Assembly: GCA_963733905.1 (NCBI GenBank) | Contig: CAVTEU010000007.1 | Location: 356,556 to 420,555 of the forward strand | Source of the DNA: an uncultured Actinomycetes bacterium | Lineage (GTDB): Bacteria > Actinomycetota > Acidimicrobiia > Spongiisociales > DATADW01 | Direction: 5' to 3' | DNA: 64,000 nucleotides | Notes under the pieces: generated by a model | What the model was told of the DNA's origin: nothing | Seen by the model: the letters and a program-made list of their open reading frames with translations, nothing else | Database searches by the model: none | Shown: in pieces, positions 31,614 to 41,593 of the stretch | Position numbering within the stretch: the stretch's first letter is position 1 | Layout of the letters: every line of letters begins with the position of its first letter | Program-made: the position numbers and the translations under genes

Positions 31614-33038
31614 CTAACCCTGCGCGACGAGATCCGGTTGGGCGGGGGGCGGTCCCGATTCGACCAACCGGCACAGCGCATCCACGGCGCGATCGACATC
31701 CTCCAAGTTGTTGTAGAGGGCGAAGCTCAACCTGCAGGTGGCTTGGGGCGCCAGCCCGAGCCATCGGTGGGCGAGGGAGGCGCAGTGACACCCGGCACGG
31801 CTCTCGACACCTTGTTGATCGAGTCCTTCGGCAAGGTCGTATGGGCTCCACCCTTCCACGTTGAAGGCGACGAGCGGGGAACGGTCTCGGTCGGCCGGCG
31901 GGCCGTAGATCGTGATCCCGGCTACCTCCGACAACCTCGTCATGGCATGGGTGGTGAGCAGCCTGGTGTGGGCCCGTACCGCGCTCATCACCTTTTCGAC
32001 CGTCGCCCGGTCCAGGGGCCTCTCGGTGCGGAAGTACGGCTCGGCATCCGGGCCGCAGACGATGTCCACCAAGAGACGAAGCGCCTGCGCCGACACGATC
32101 ACCTCGAGGACTGCGGGCGTGCCCGCCGCCGATCGCCAGGGGAGGTCGGCGTACTCGATGCGATCGTCCCAGACGCCACCGTCGGCGATCATGTCGCCGC
32201 CGTAGAGGAAGGGGCGCGACCCGGCCATGATGTCCTCGCGCCCGTAGAGAACACCCACCCCGAACGGCGCCAGGATCTTGTGGAATGAGAAGGACATCCA
32301 GTCGACATCGAGGGCGGTCACATCGACGGGGCTGCTCGGAACCAGTTGAGCCCCATCCACCAACAGAAGTGACCGGAGACGGCCATCGGGCTGCTCGTAT
32401 CCGCTGGCGTCGGTGATCGCACGGACATCGGCGAGCGGCGGTTTGGTGCCGAGGAAGTTGGAGGCACCGGTGCAACAGACCAACTTGGTCCTCTGGTCGA
32501 CGAGGTGCGACATCTGATCGAGATCCAGCTCCCCCGTGGCGGGATCGAAGTCGACCAGCCGGTACTCGACATGCCTACCCAGCGGTTCGAGGATCTCCTT
32601 CGTCATCCCGTACCAGGGCACGTAGTTGGAGTTGTGCTCCAGCCTGGTGGTGACCACGTTGTCGCCGTCGCGGAACTCGGTGAGCATCGAGTACATCACC
32701 GCGTTGTGCGCCTCGGTCGTGTTGCGGTAGATGGCGATGTTCCGCCTGCTCGGAGCGTTGATCCACTGGGCGATGGTGTCGTATGCGCTCTCGAAGAGGT
32801 CCGTCATCGTCCTCGAGGCCGTCGATGTGCCCCGATGGACGCTCTCGTAGCCGGGCACGAGCTCTGCAAGCAGTTCGACAAGCTGGCGCGGCGACTGTGT
32901 CGTGGCGGCGTTGTTGGTGACTATCCGTCCGCGCTCGACGAAGTCGAAGTAGCTCCTGACCCGGTCCACGTCCAACCGTGGCCCCTCAGCGGCTCGTTGC
33001 TCGGGTCGGTGCCGGCGTCCGGGTCCGAAATGAACCAT
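31614..33038 (-). CDS. Class V aminotransferase, SufS-type cysteine desulfurase-like
   Basis: NNAATTQ, VHRG, NTTEA, LEHNSN, VDGAQ, SFHK (PLP Lys), AGTP, RAGCHCA. Confidence 0.88.
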   Translation of the reverse strand: MVHFGPGRRHRPEQRAAEGPRLDVDRVRSYFDFVERGRIVTNNAATTQSPRQLVELLAELVPGYESVHRGTSTASRTMTDLFESAYDTIAQWINAPSRRNIAIYRNTTEAHNAVMYSMLTEFRDGDNVVTTRLEHNSNYVPWYGMTKEILEPLGRHVEYRLVDFDPATGELDLDQMSHLVDQRTKLVCCTGASNFLGTKPPLADVRAITDASGYEQPDGRLRSLLLVDGAQLVPSSPVDVTALDVDWMSFSFHKILAPFGVGVLYGREDIMAGSRPFLYGGDMIADGGVWDDRIEYADLPWRSAAGTPAVLEVIVSAQALRLLVDIVCGPDAEPYFRTERPLDRATVEKVMSAVRAHTRLLTTHAMTRLSEVAGITIYGPPADRDRSPLVAFNVEGWSPYDLAEGLDQQGVESRAGCHCASLAHRWLGLAPQATCRLSFALYNNLEDVDRAVDALCRLVESGPPPAQPDLVAQG

Positions 33039-33048
33039 GTCTCCCCGC

Positions 33049-34653
33049 TCAGTTGATCTTGCTGGTTCGCCCAGCCCACTCCTTGTCCCGCAGAACGTAC
33101 TTCTGGATCTTCCCCGTCGACGTCTTGGGCAATGCGGTGAGGAACTCGACCTGATCCGGCGCCTTGAACTTGGCGATCCGCTGGCGGACGTGTCCGATTA
33201 GCTCGTCTTCGGTCACCTCAGCGCCCGACTTGAGCACGACGAAGGCCTTGGGCCGCTCCCCCCAGTAGTCGTCGGGCACCGAGACCACCGCCACCTCGAG
33301 GACGGCGGGGTGGCTGACCAATGCCTGCTCGACCTCGATGGTCGAGATGTTCTCCCCACCCGAGACGATGATGTCCTTGGCTCGATCCCGCAGCTCGATG
33401 TAGCCGTCGGGGTGCCATACGCCGAGGTCGCCGGAGTGGAACCAACCACCGCGGAAGGCGTGCTCGGTCGCATCCGGGTCGTCGAAATAGCCCTTCATGA
33501 CATTGTTGCCCCGCATCACGACTTCTCCGATGGTGGACGCGTCTCGGGGGACGTCGGCCATCTCCTCATCAACCACCCTTATCGGGTCGGCCGAGACCAT
33601 GGCCAACCCCTGCCGGGCCATGAGCCGGGCGCGCTCCGCCGGCTCGAGGTGCGCCCAACCGGGCTGCTCCTGGCACACGGTGTACGGGCCGTAGGTCTCG
33701 GTGAGCCCGTAGACGTGGACCACCTCGGCGCCCAGCGCCGTCATCTGGGCGATCAGGGTTGGGCTGGGCGGGGCGCCCGCGGTTGTCACCACCAGCGGTG
33801 ACACCGAGGGGCCGAGCCTCAGCGGCGTTGGCCAGCGAGATCAGGACGGTTGGTGCTGCGTTGAGATGGGTGACGCCTTCGCTTTCGAGGAGCCGCCACA
33901 CCTCAGACGGGTCGACCGCCCGCAGACACACATGGGTGCCACCGATGGCGGTTACCCCCCAGGTGGTACACCAGCCGTTGCAGTGGAACATGGGGAGGGT
34001 CCACAGGTAGACCGACTCGGACGAATGCCGGGAGTGGATCACCTCGGCCATGGCGTTGAGATGCGCCCCCCGGTGCGTGTACATGACACCCTTGGGTCGG
34101 CCGGTCGTGCCGCTGGTGTAGTTGATCGAGATGGTGCGGTCCTCGTCGTCCACGGTCCAGGCCATCGGCTCGTCGTCGCCCCTGGCCATGAAGTCGGCGA
34201 ATCCGGTCGCCGGGAGTGACGACCCGCGGCCGGTGTCGTCCACCGTCACGATCTCCTCGACTCCACCCAGGTCGTGCATCGACCGGCTCGATCAACGGGG
34301 TGAGTTCGGAGTCCACAACGAGCAGCCTGGCGCCCGAGTGACCGAGGATGTATCGGATCTCCTCTGATGAGAGCCGGGTGTTGATCGCCACCAGCACCGC
34401 CTCTGCCAGAGGCACGCCGAAATGCGCAACCAGGAGCTCGGGGATGTTCGGGCAGAGATAGGCAACGCGGTCACCCTGCTCGATCCCCGATGCTTTGAGG
34501 GCATGTGCCAGGCGCGTGGCCGATTGCGCCATCTCGCGATAGCTGAGTCGCCGGTCGCCATGGACTGATGGCGGTCTTGTCCGGGAAGACCTCACTGCTC
34601 CGACCCAGGAATGAGAGCGGGGTCAGCTGCGTGAGATGGACGGGCTCGGCCAC
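33049..34653 (-). CDS. Acyl-CoA synthetase (AMP-binding), indels
   Basis: LTPLSFL, YTSGTTGRPKG, PMFHCNGW, YGLTET, GWFHSGD, DRAKDIIVSGGEN, LPKTSTGKI. Confidence 0.92.
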
Positions 34654-34879
34654 AGGTCTCCTCTCCAGATGTGTTCGGAGGGTAGGGCGGGCAGCGCCCG
34701 GCGTACCCTCGATCGACCGAGGACGTATCTGATCGGCTCGCTTGGGCCTCCTCCTCTACCCGGTCGAGGTCCGCATCGGACGGCGCACCTGGGCGGCCGA
34801 AATCGAGTCAGACGGTGTGGACCTCCCGGGGCACCAACCGGTCGAATGGGACATCGCCACCCGGATCGTCACCTGAGGG

Positions 34880-35647
34880 TCAACCCGGCCACGAGGGCGG
34901 CCGCTTCTCCAAGAAGGCGGTCATTCCTTCCTGGGCGTCGGCCAGTCCGGCGTTGCCGGTCATCACCGCCGACATCGACCGGTAGGCCTCCTCTTCGGTG
35001 GCGTCCACCTGGCGGTAGAACGCCTCCTTGCCGAGCCCGACCACTCGCGGGCTGAAACGGAGGATGCGTTCCACCAACTCGTCCACCTCGGCGTCGAGCC
35101 GATCGTCGGGTACCGCCTTGTTGACCAAACCCCACTCCGCAGCCGTCGCCGCGTCGACCCGGTCCCCGGTGAGCAGCATCTCCATGGCGCGTTTGCGCCC
35201 TACGGCTCTGGTTAGCGGGACCATCGGCGTCGAGCAGAACAACCCGATCATCACCCCAGGAGTGGCGAACCAGGCCGACTCGACCGCCACGGCCAGATCA
35301 CAGCTGGCCACGAGCTGACACCCTGCAGCGGCCGCGGGGCCCTGGACCCGCGCCACCACCGGCTGGGGGATTCTGTGGAGGGCGAGCATCATCTCGGTGC
35401 AGACGTCGAAGAGCAACCGGTGGTGATCCTCGTCGGCCCCGACCATCTCGGAGATGTCGTGGCCCGCCGAGAACACCGGGCCTTCGGCGCCGAGCACCAC
35501 CACTTCGGTCTCTGCCGGGAGCGTCCCAACCGCCTCGATCAGCTCCCGCATCGTCGCCAGCCCCAGAGCGTTTCGCCGCTCTGGTCGGTCCAGGGTCAAT
35601 CGGGTGACCCGGCCATCGTGCTTTATGGCGAGGTTCTCGCCCATCAT
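34880..35647 (-). CDS. Enoyl-CoA hydratase family protein
   Basis: LDRPERRNAL, FSAGHD, AAGCQLVASCDLA, TPGVMIGLFCSTP, AFLEKRPP. Confidence 0.9.
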   Translation of the reverse strand: MMGENLAIKHDGRVTRLTLDRPERRNALGLATMRELIEAVGTLPAETEVVVLGAEGPVFSAGHDISEMVGADEDHHRLLFDVCTEMMLALHRIPQPVVARVQGPAAAAGCQLVASCDLAVAVESAWFATPGVMIGLFCSTPMVPLTRAVGRKRAMEMLLTGDRVDAATAAEWGLVNKAVPDDRLDAEVDELVERILRFSPRVVGLGKEAFYRQVDATEEEAYRSMSAVMTGNAGLADAQEGMTAFLEKRPPSWPG

Positions 35648-35699
35648 CCCGTTTCTCCATTCGACCCGATCCGGCGGTCCCCGCTTGATCGATCGTAGG

Positions 35700-37304
35700 T
35701 CACTCGACAGAGCCGGCGGCGGCGATGGCGAGAAGCTCCTCGGCGTGCTCCCTGCCCCGCTCGCTCTCGGGCAGACCGGAGAGCATCCGGCTGAGCTCCT
35801 CGAGACGCTCATGCCCCTCGACCACCTCGACCGTCGCCGACGATCCATCCCGACGAACCACGGCATGGGTGTCGGCGAACGCCGCCACCTGAGGAAGGTG
35901 GGTGACGCACAGGACTTGTCGGTCGGCTGCCAGCTCGGCGAGCTTTGCGCCCAGGGCGAGCGCCGTCTTCCCACCGACGCCCGCATCGACCTCGTCGAAT
36001 GCGACCACGGGCGCACGGCCGGCGCCACCGGCGAGACGGAGCGCAAGGATGAGGCGGCTCAATTCCCCGCCCGAGGCCACCCGTGCCACTTCGCCCGGGA
36101 CGAGGCGGCGGTCAGAGGCGAAGAGCAACTTGATCGCTTCCGCACCCTCGGAGCCCGGTTTGGCCGGCGCGACCTCGACCTCGAGGTGGGGGTCGCTGAA
36201 ACCGAGCTGGCGGAGGTGGCCCAGCGCCGCATCGGCGAGCCGGCCGCCGGCAGCAGCACGGCTCTCTCGAAGCCGTGCGCCAAGTCGGTCGAGGGCGGTG
36301 ATTGCCTCGGCCAACTGACCTTCGATCTCCTCCGCTCTGGTGAGCGACCGCTCCATCCTCTCCGCCCGTGCCATGGCTTCCTCGCCGAAGAGGAGGACCT
36401 GATCGAGGGTGGCGCCGTACTTGCGCCGCAGCGAGTTGAGCAGGGCCAGCCGCTCCTCCAACTCCGCCAATTGCGCGGGGTCGCCTTCGAGAGCGTCTGC
36501 GGCGGCGCGCAACTCGACGGTGAGATCTCCCGTCACCGCCTGGGACTCCTCGGCGCGCTTTGCCAGTGGCTCGAGCGAACCGTCGAGGATGGAGGCTCGC
36601 CTCATCACCGCAACAACCTCCCCGATGGTGTCGCCAGCCGCCGTGGCGGCGGCGTGGGCGGCGGCGATCCTCTCGGTCAACTCCTCGAGATGACGGAGCC
36701 GACCAAGCATGCGCTCCAGTTCCTCGTCTTCCCCGGCGGTGAACCCGGCATCAGCTATCTCGCCTGCCTGGAACCGCGCCAACGCCGCGTCGCGCTGCAA
36801 TGCCTCCCTCCCACCACCGAGACCCTCGCTCTCCCTCGATAGCGATTGCGCCCTCTCCCAGGCGGCGCGGTAGTCGTCCCGCGCCCGGAGGCCGTCATCG
36901 TCGAGCAGCCGGTCGACGAGGGCACGGACCTCGGTCGGTCTGCTCAGCGCCTGGTGGTCGTGCTGACCCACGATCTCGACCAAGGTCCCGACCCGGTCGG
37001 CGAGGACACGGGCAGGAACCGGCGAACCATCGAGATATGCCCGGCTCCGTCCGCCACGGAGCACCTGTCGGGTTGCCGTCACTTCGTCGTCACCGGGAAA
37101 GAGCCGGGCTTCCACAGTCGTCTCGTCACCTTCCGGCCCGATCAGGTCGGGGCGGGCGGTCTCTCCGCAGAGGAGCCGCAGGGCGCCAAGCAGCAGCGTC
37201 TTGCCTGCGCCTGTCTCCCCGGACACCACCACCAACCCCGGTCCAGGCACGAGCCGGGCCGTGGCGATGATCCCCAGGTTGCGAACCGTGAGCTCGTCGA
37301 GCAC
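35700..37304 (-). CDS. recN: DNA repair protein RecN
   Basis: GETGAGKT, GQHD, coiled coil, ASGGELSR, FDEVDAGVGG, VTHLPQVAA. Confidence 0.95.
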   Translation of the reverse strand: MLDELTVRNLGIIATARLVPGPGLVVVSGETGAGKTLLLGALRLLCGETARPDLIGPEGDETTVEARLFPGDDEVTATRQVLRGGRSRAYLDGSPVPARVLADRVGTLVEIVGQHDHQALSRPTEVRALVDRLLDDDGLRARDDYRAAWERAQSLSRESEGLGGGREALQRDAALARFQAGEIADAGFTAGEDEELERMLGRLRHLEELTERIAAAHAAATAAGDTIGEVVAVMRRASILDGSLEPLAKRAEESQAVTGDLTVELRAAADALEGDPAQLAELEERLALLNSLRRKYGATLDQVLLFGEEAMARAERMERSLTRAEEIEGQLAEAITALDRLGARLRESRAAAGGRLADAALGHLRQLGFSDPHLEVEVAPAKPGSEGAEAIKLLFASDRRLVPGEVARVASGGELSRLILALRLAGGAGRAPVVAFDEVDAGVGGKTALALGAKLAELAADRQVLCVTHLPQVAAFADTHAVVRRDGSSATVEVVEGHERLEELSRMLSGLPESERGREHAEELLAIAAAGSVE

Positions 37305-37305
37305 G

Positions 37306-38124
37306 TCACAGCCCGCCGAGGCGGAATTTGGTCTTGACCCTTGCCGGGAAGCTGCGCCCGCTCATCTGGACGAATCGGACCGGCCGATCGCCGCGGCGGA
37401 TCTCGACGACGTCCCCCGGAGCGAGTTCTGCAACCGGGACCCCGTCGGTGCTGACCCTGACATGGCGGTCCTGGGCGACGGTGCAATGGACCACCACCGA
37501 GGCATCGAGCACGACGCTCCGGGTGAAGAGCGAGAAGGGCGCCACCGGGGTGAGCACGATCGCCTCCAACCCGGGATCGACCAGCGGGCCACCGGCCGAG
37601 AAGTTGTATGCGGTGGAGCCGGTCGGCGTCCCAAAGACGAGGCCGTCCGCCCGGTATGTGAGGAACGGCTCACCGTCGAATGCGACGGACAATGCGACCA
37701 GCCTCTGGCTGTCCACCTTCTCGACCACGACGTCGTTGACACCGACCGCCTCGTTCCCGCCGGCGACGGCATGCAACGTCATCCGCTCGGCGACGGTCCA
37801 CGATCCCGATGCGATGCGGTCGAGCACCATGTCGAGATCGCTCACCTCGGCGTCGGCGAGGAAGCCGACCGTGCCGAGGTTCACACCGAGCACGGGCACG
37901 TCTTCCCGAAGCGCCACCTGGACTGCGGCAAGCATCGTTCCGTCTCCTCCGACCGCCACCACGAGATCGAAGTCCTCGAAGGGTGTTGCATCGATGCCGA
38001 GCGCCTCGGCGGCCACCGCATCAGCGGTCACCTCAATCCCTCGCGCCCGTCCGCTGGCCGTCAGCTTCCGGCCGACCTCGAGGGCGTCCCTCCGCTCGAC
38101 ATGGGGAACCAGAGCGATCCTCAC
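37306..38124 (-). CDS. ppnK: NAD kinase
   Basis: GGDGTML, GVNLGTVGFL, ND, ADGLVFGTPTGSTAYNFSAGGP; GTG start overlaps the TlyA alternative-frame stop. Confidence 0.92.
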   Translation of the reverse strand: MRIALVPHVERRDALEVGRKLTASGRARGIEVTADAVAAEALGIDATPFEDFDLVVAVGGDGTMLAAVQVALREDVPVLGVNLGTVGFLADAEVSDLDMVLDRIASGSWTVAERMTLHAVAGGNEAVGVNDVVVEKVDSQRLVALSVAFDGEPFLTYRADGLVFGTPTGSTAYNFSAGGPLVDPGLEAIVLTPVAPFSLFTRSVVLDASVVVHCTVAQDRHVRVSTDGVPVAELAPGDVVEIRRGDRPVRFVQMSGRSFPARVKTKFRLGGL

Positions 38125-38904
38125 CGCGCCGCCTCCCCCACCATCGACTCGATCCCCTCGATCGAAGCCGGTCCCTTGACGGGCCAGCACGAAGTACTCG
38201 CGATTGCCGGCCTCCCCACGCAGCGACGATTCGGTTGCCGCCACCGTGCCGAGACCGACGGAATCAAGGCACCCGACCACCTTTCGCAACGCCTCGACGA
38301 GGTGTTCAGCCCGACGGACCACGCCACGCTTGTCCAAGGCAGCCCGGCCAACCTCGAATTGCGGTTTGACCAGGATCAAGAGATCTGTGCCCGGACCGCT
38401 CAGCGCCGCCAACACCTGGGCGACGAGACAGAGCGAGATGAATGAGAGATCGGCCACGATGAGGTCGAATGGCGCACCGAGCCCACCCGGGTCCACGCTG
38501 CGGAGATTGGTTCCGTCGAGCGCCACCACCCTCGGGTCGGCACCCAGTGCCGGCGCCAGCTGGCCGTGGCCAACATCGAGCGCCACCACTTGCTCGGCCC
38601 CGCGCTGTAACAGACAGTCAGTGAACCCGCCGGTCGAAGCGCCCGCATCGAGGCAGCGACGCCCGGCGACCTCGACATTCAGATCATCGATGGCGCGGTC
38701 AAGCTTGCGGCCACCTCTCGACACGAAGACGACCGCGGGCTCGTCCACCTCGAGGTTGTTGGACGGGCCGACCAGCGTCGACGACCGTCGAGCGGTGACA
38801 CCGTCCACCAACACCCGCCCCTCGGTGACGGCGCGCTGAGCCTCCGCCCGAGAAGGCGCTTGGCGGCGCGCCACCAAAGCCTGATCGAGCCGGACCCGGC
38901 TCAG
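38121..38904 (-). CDS. tlyA: TlyA-family rRNA 2'-O-methyltransferase, indel near 38170
   Basis: RLDQALV S4 start, VSRGGRKL, LDAGASTGGFTD, DVGHGQL, DLSFISL, LVKPQFE, GNREY. Confidence 0.92.
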
Positions 38905-39032
38905 CCGTCGCCGTCCGGGTCGGGGTCGAGCGCCTCGCCGAGCACGTCCACGAGCCGATCCGATATGTCCGGGGCATCACCGGGGTCGGCCCCTTCGAGT
39001 TCCTCGAGCAACGCTTCGATCTGATCGGACAT
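38901..39032 (-). CDS. Small acidic hypothetical protein (43 aa)
   Basis: MSDQIEALLEELEGADPGDAPDISDRLVDVLGEALDPDPDGDG; GATAAT -10 box 7 nt upstream; stop overlaps tlyA. Confidence 0.55.
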   Translation of the reverse strand: MSDQIEALLEELEGADPGDAPDISDRLVDVLGEALDPDPDGDG

Positions 39033-39190
39033 GGGCGCCATTATCCACCGCGGCGCCCTCGCCGGGGGGATCTTCCCCTCGGGTCTTCGACTGCTCGGCC
39101 GCCCCCCTTTCACCATCGCCGCCAAACCAGCGGTCTACCGGCTCCGAACCAGCGCCGGCGAGCAGGCACCCGAAGGGGGATGCGAAGTCC

Positions 39191-40059
39191 ATGCGACAGA
39201 CGACACGCCGGCGACGCGATGCGATCGTGGTGATTCTCGGGTTGGCGGTCGGGATCGGGGCAACCCTCCTGATCGACCGGCATCAACCCTCGGCCACCGA
39301 GCCGATAAGGCAACTGGCTACCGGAACCTCCCCCACCACGGTCACCTCGAGCGCCACCCGCAGCTGAGACCCCTGCCGCTCCGGCCTCGGCGGTGGCGGC
39401 GGTCGAGGGCTTCCTCACAGCCGAGCAGCAGGGAGAGATCGCCGAGTCGTTCAACTTCCTCAGCCGGGCGGACCGGCAGACACACGGATCGGCGGCGGGA
39501 TGGGAGGCGGCACATGCCGACCTGCTCCCCCCGATCGAGAGCTTCTCGGTCCGTTCTGGGATGAAGGTCGATGGATCGAGCGAGGTGGTCACCGATGTGG
39601 CCTTCACCGCCTCGCTCGATGAGGTCTCCGGGCTGGTACCCGGAAAGGCAGTTGTCACCTGGCGGCTGGTCCCCGAGGCGGGTGGTTGGCGCATCTCGCT
39701 TTCCGAGACCACGGTCGAGCCCAGCTATCCCCCCGAGCCGGCGGCAAGAGAGGCAGCCCGCCGCTGGGTGATGGACCGGACCGAGTGCGCCTCGGCGGTG
39801 GAGTACGAGGGTGGGCTGCTCGGGAACCCCGGTCTGGCTGATTCGCTGTGCGGGGCCGTGGGCCCTGCCGAAGTGGGACAACCAGGACCGCTCGAAGACC
39901 AGGTCGACGCCGCCCAGTTCATCGGGGCATTCGGCCCCGAGTTCGATCGATTGGGGACGCTCGGTCGCCGTCGATTCACCGACCCCGATGCGAGTCGTGC
40001 TGGCGCCTGTGGGTGACCAGTGGGTGGTCATCGGCGTCCTCCCAGAGGAAGCCGGATGA
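39191..40059 (+). CDS. Hypothetical membrane-anchored extracytoplasmic protein, indels
   Basis: MRQTTRRRRDAIVVILGLAVGIGATLLI TM, Thr-rich linker, then ORFs 39393..40016 and 39811..40059 stitched together. Confidence 0.6.
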
Positions 40060-40179
40060 CCCTCGGCAGGCGTTCCCGGGACCCGCCCCTCACTGGGTAG
40101 GAGAAGGCGGCAGCCGCCCGAGCCGCCAGCACGCAAGGGCACGGACACGCAGAAACGAACACGACACAGGAGGAATGAA

Positions 40180-41586
40180 ATGTCCCTCGCACGACGGCGA
40201 CTGCCCGTGGTACTGGTGGTCCTCGGGTTGGCAGCTGCGCTCTTCGTGGCGCTGCTATCACCCCTGGGCGCCTCCAGCCACCGCGAGGCGCCGCTGATCA
40301 CCGAGGACCCGGTAGCCGACAACACCGACGTGTACGCCTGGATGAAGGGCGAAAACCTGGTGGTGGTGGCCAACTGGATCCCGCTCGAAGAGCCTGCCGG
40401 CGGCCCGAACTTCTTCAAGTTCGGCGACGACGTGCTCTACGAGATCAACATCGACAACGACGGCGACGCCCGTGACGACTTCACCTACGAGTTCCGGTTC
40501 ACGACCAAGATCAAGAACCCGAACACGTTCCTCTACAACACGGGCCCCATCGAAACCCTCGATGACGCCGATTGGAACATGGTCCAGACCTACACCGTGT
40601 CGGAGGTCAAGAACGGCCGGAGGACCAAGCTGGGCAGTGGGCTCTTCTCACCACCCAACAACATCGGTCCCAGGTCGACCCCCAACTACGAGAACCTGGC
40701 GTCTCAAGCCGTCTACAGCCTCCCGGGTGGGATCAAGGTCTTCGCCGGACAGCGCGACGAGGTGTTCCCGGTGGACCTGGGGTCGATCTTCGACCTGGGC
40801 GGTTTGCGGCCGTTCAACAACTTCCATCTCCTGCCACTCGACGCCGAGTCCGGGATCGACGCCACAACCGGGTACAACGTCCACTCCATCGTGATGGAGA
40901 TCCCAGCCTCCAGGCTGGTGGACGACGACCCGGTTCTCGGGGTCTACTCGACGACCTACCGTCGTCAGACCCGGGTGTTCGCCTTTGGCGACGGGTCCAA
41001 GCCGTTCCACCTCGGGGACTGGGTCCAGGTCTCGCGGCTGGGGATGCCCCTGGTCAACGAGGTCGTGATCCCTCTGGGAAAGAAGGACCGCTTCAACGCA
41101 AGCGAGCCACGGGACGATGCGCAGTTCCTCAACTTCGTTGTCGACCCGGAACTGGGAAGGCTGATACCGGCGCTGTACGGCTCGAGTGGGATCAAGGTCC
41201 CGCAGGCACCGCGCAACGACCTGGTGACGATCTTCCTCACCGGGATCCCGGGGATCAACCAACCCAAGAACGTCAAGCCGTCGGAGATGCTCCGGATCAA
41301 CACCACGTTGCCGAGCGGTTTCCCCAACGGACGGACGCTCCAGGACGACATCGTCGACACCTCGCTCCAGGCGGTGGCGGGTGTGTTCTGCGACAGCGAC
41401 AGCGGTGACCCGGCAGACGGGTGCGCCGGAGCGAGCTTCGACAGCCCGTTCAACGTGTTCCCGAACAACGCCCTCAATGACGGCGCCACGGGGAACGACC
41501 GGCCATTCCTGACCGGCTTCCCCTACATGCCGACACCTCACCAGGGGTACGACCACGTCCACGACCACACCAACAGCGACGCCTGA
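40180..41586 (+). CDS. DUF4331 family secreted protein
   Basis: AGGAGG RBS, signal peptide, SSHREAP..DNTDVYA, P..GPNF..F, QVSRLGMPLVNE, GFPNGR..DD. Confidence 0.88.
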   Translation: MSLARRRLPVVLVVLGLAAALFVALLSPLGASSHREAPLITEDPVADNTDVYAWMKGENLVVVANWIPLEEPAGGPNFFKFGDDVLYEINIDNDGDARDDFTYEFRFTTKIKNPNTFLYNTGPIETLDDADWNMVQTYTVSEVKNGRRTKLGSGLFSPPNNIGPRSTPNYENLASQAVYSLPGGIKVFAGQRDEVFPVDLGSIFDLGGLRPFNNFHLLPLDAESGIDATTGYNVHSIVMEIPASRLVDDDPVLGVYSTTYRRQTRVFAFGDGSKPFHLGDWVQVSRLGMPLVNEVVIPLGKKDRFNASEPRDDAQFLNFVVDPELGRLIPALYGSSGIKVPQAPRNDLVTIFLTGIPGINQPKNVKPSEMLRINTTLPSGFPNGRTLQDDIVDTSLQAVAGVFCDSDSGDPADGCAGASFDSPFNVFPNNALNDGATGNDRPFLTGFPYMPTPHQGYDHVHDHTNSDA

Positions 41587-41593
41587 CGCTGCG

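Noticed and set aside
37306-38877. TlyA-NAD kinase fusion (523-aa ORF)
   Set aside because: An alternative frame gives a normal TlyA C-terminus ending at 38121 with a GTGA overlap; best explained by one indel
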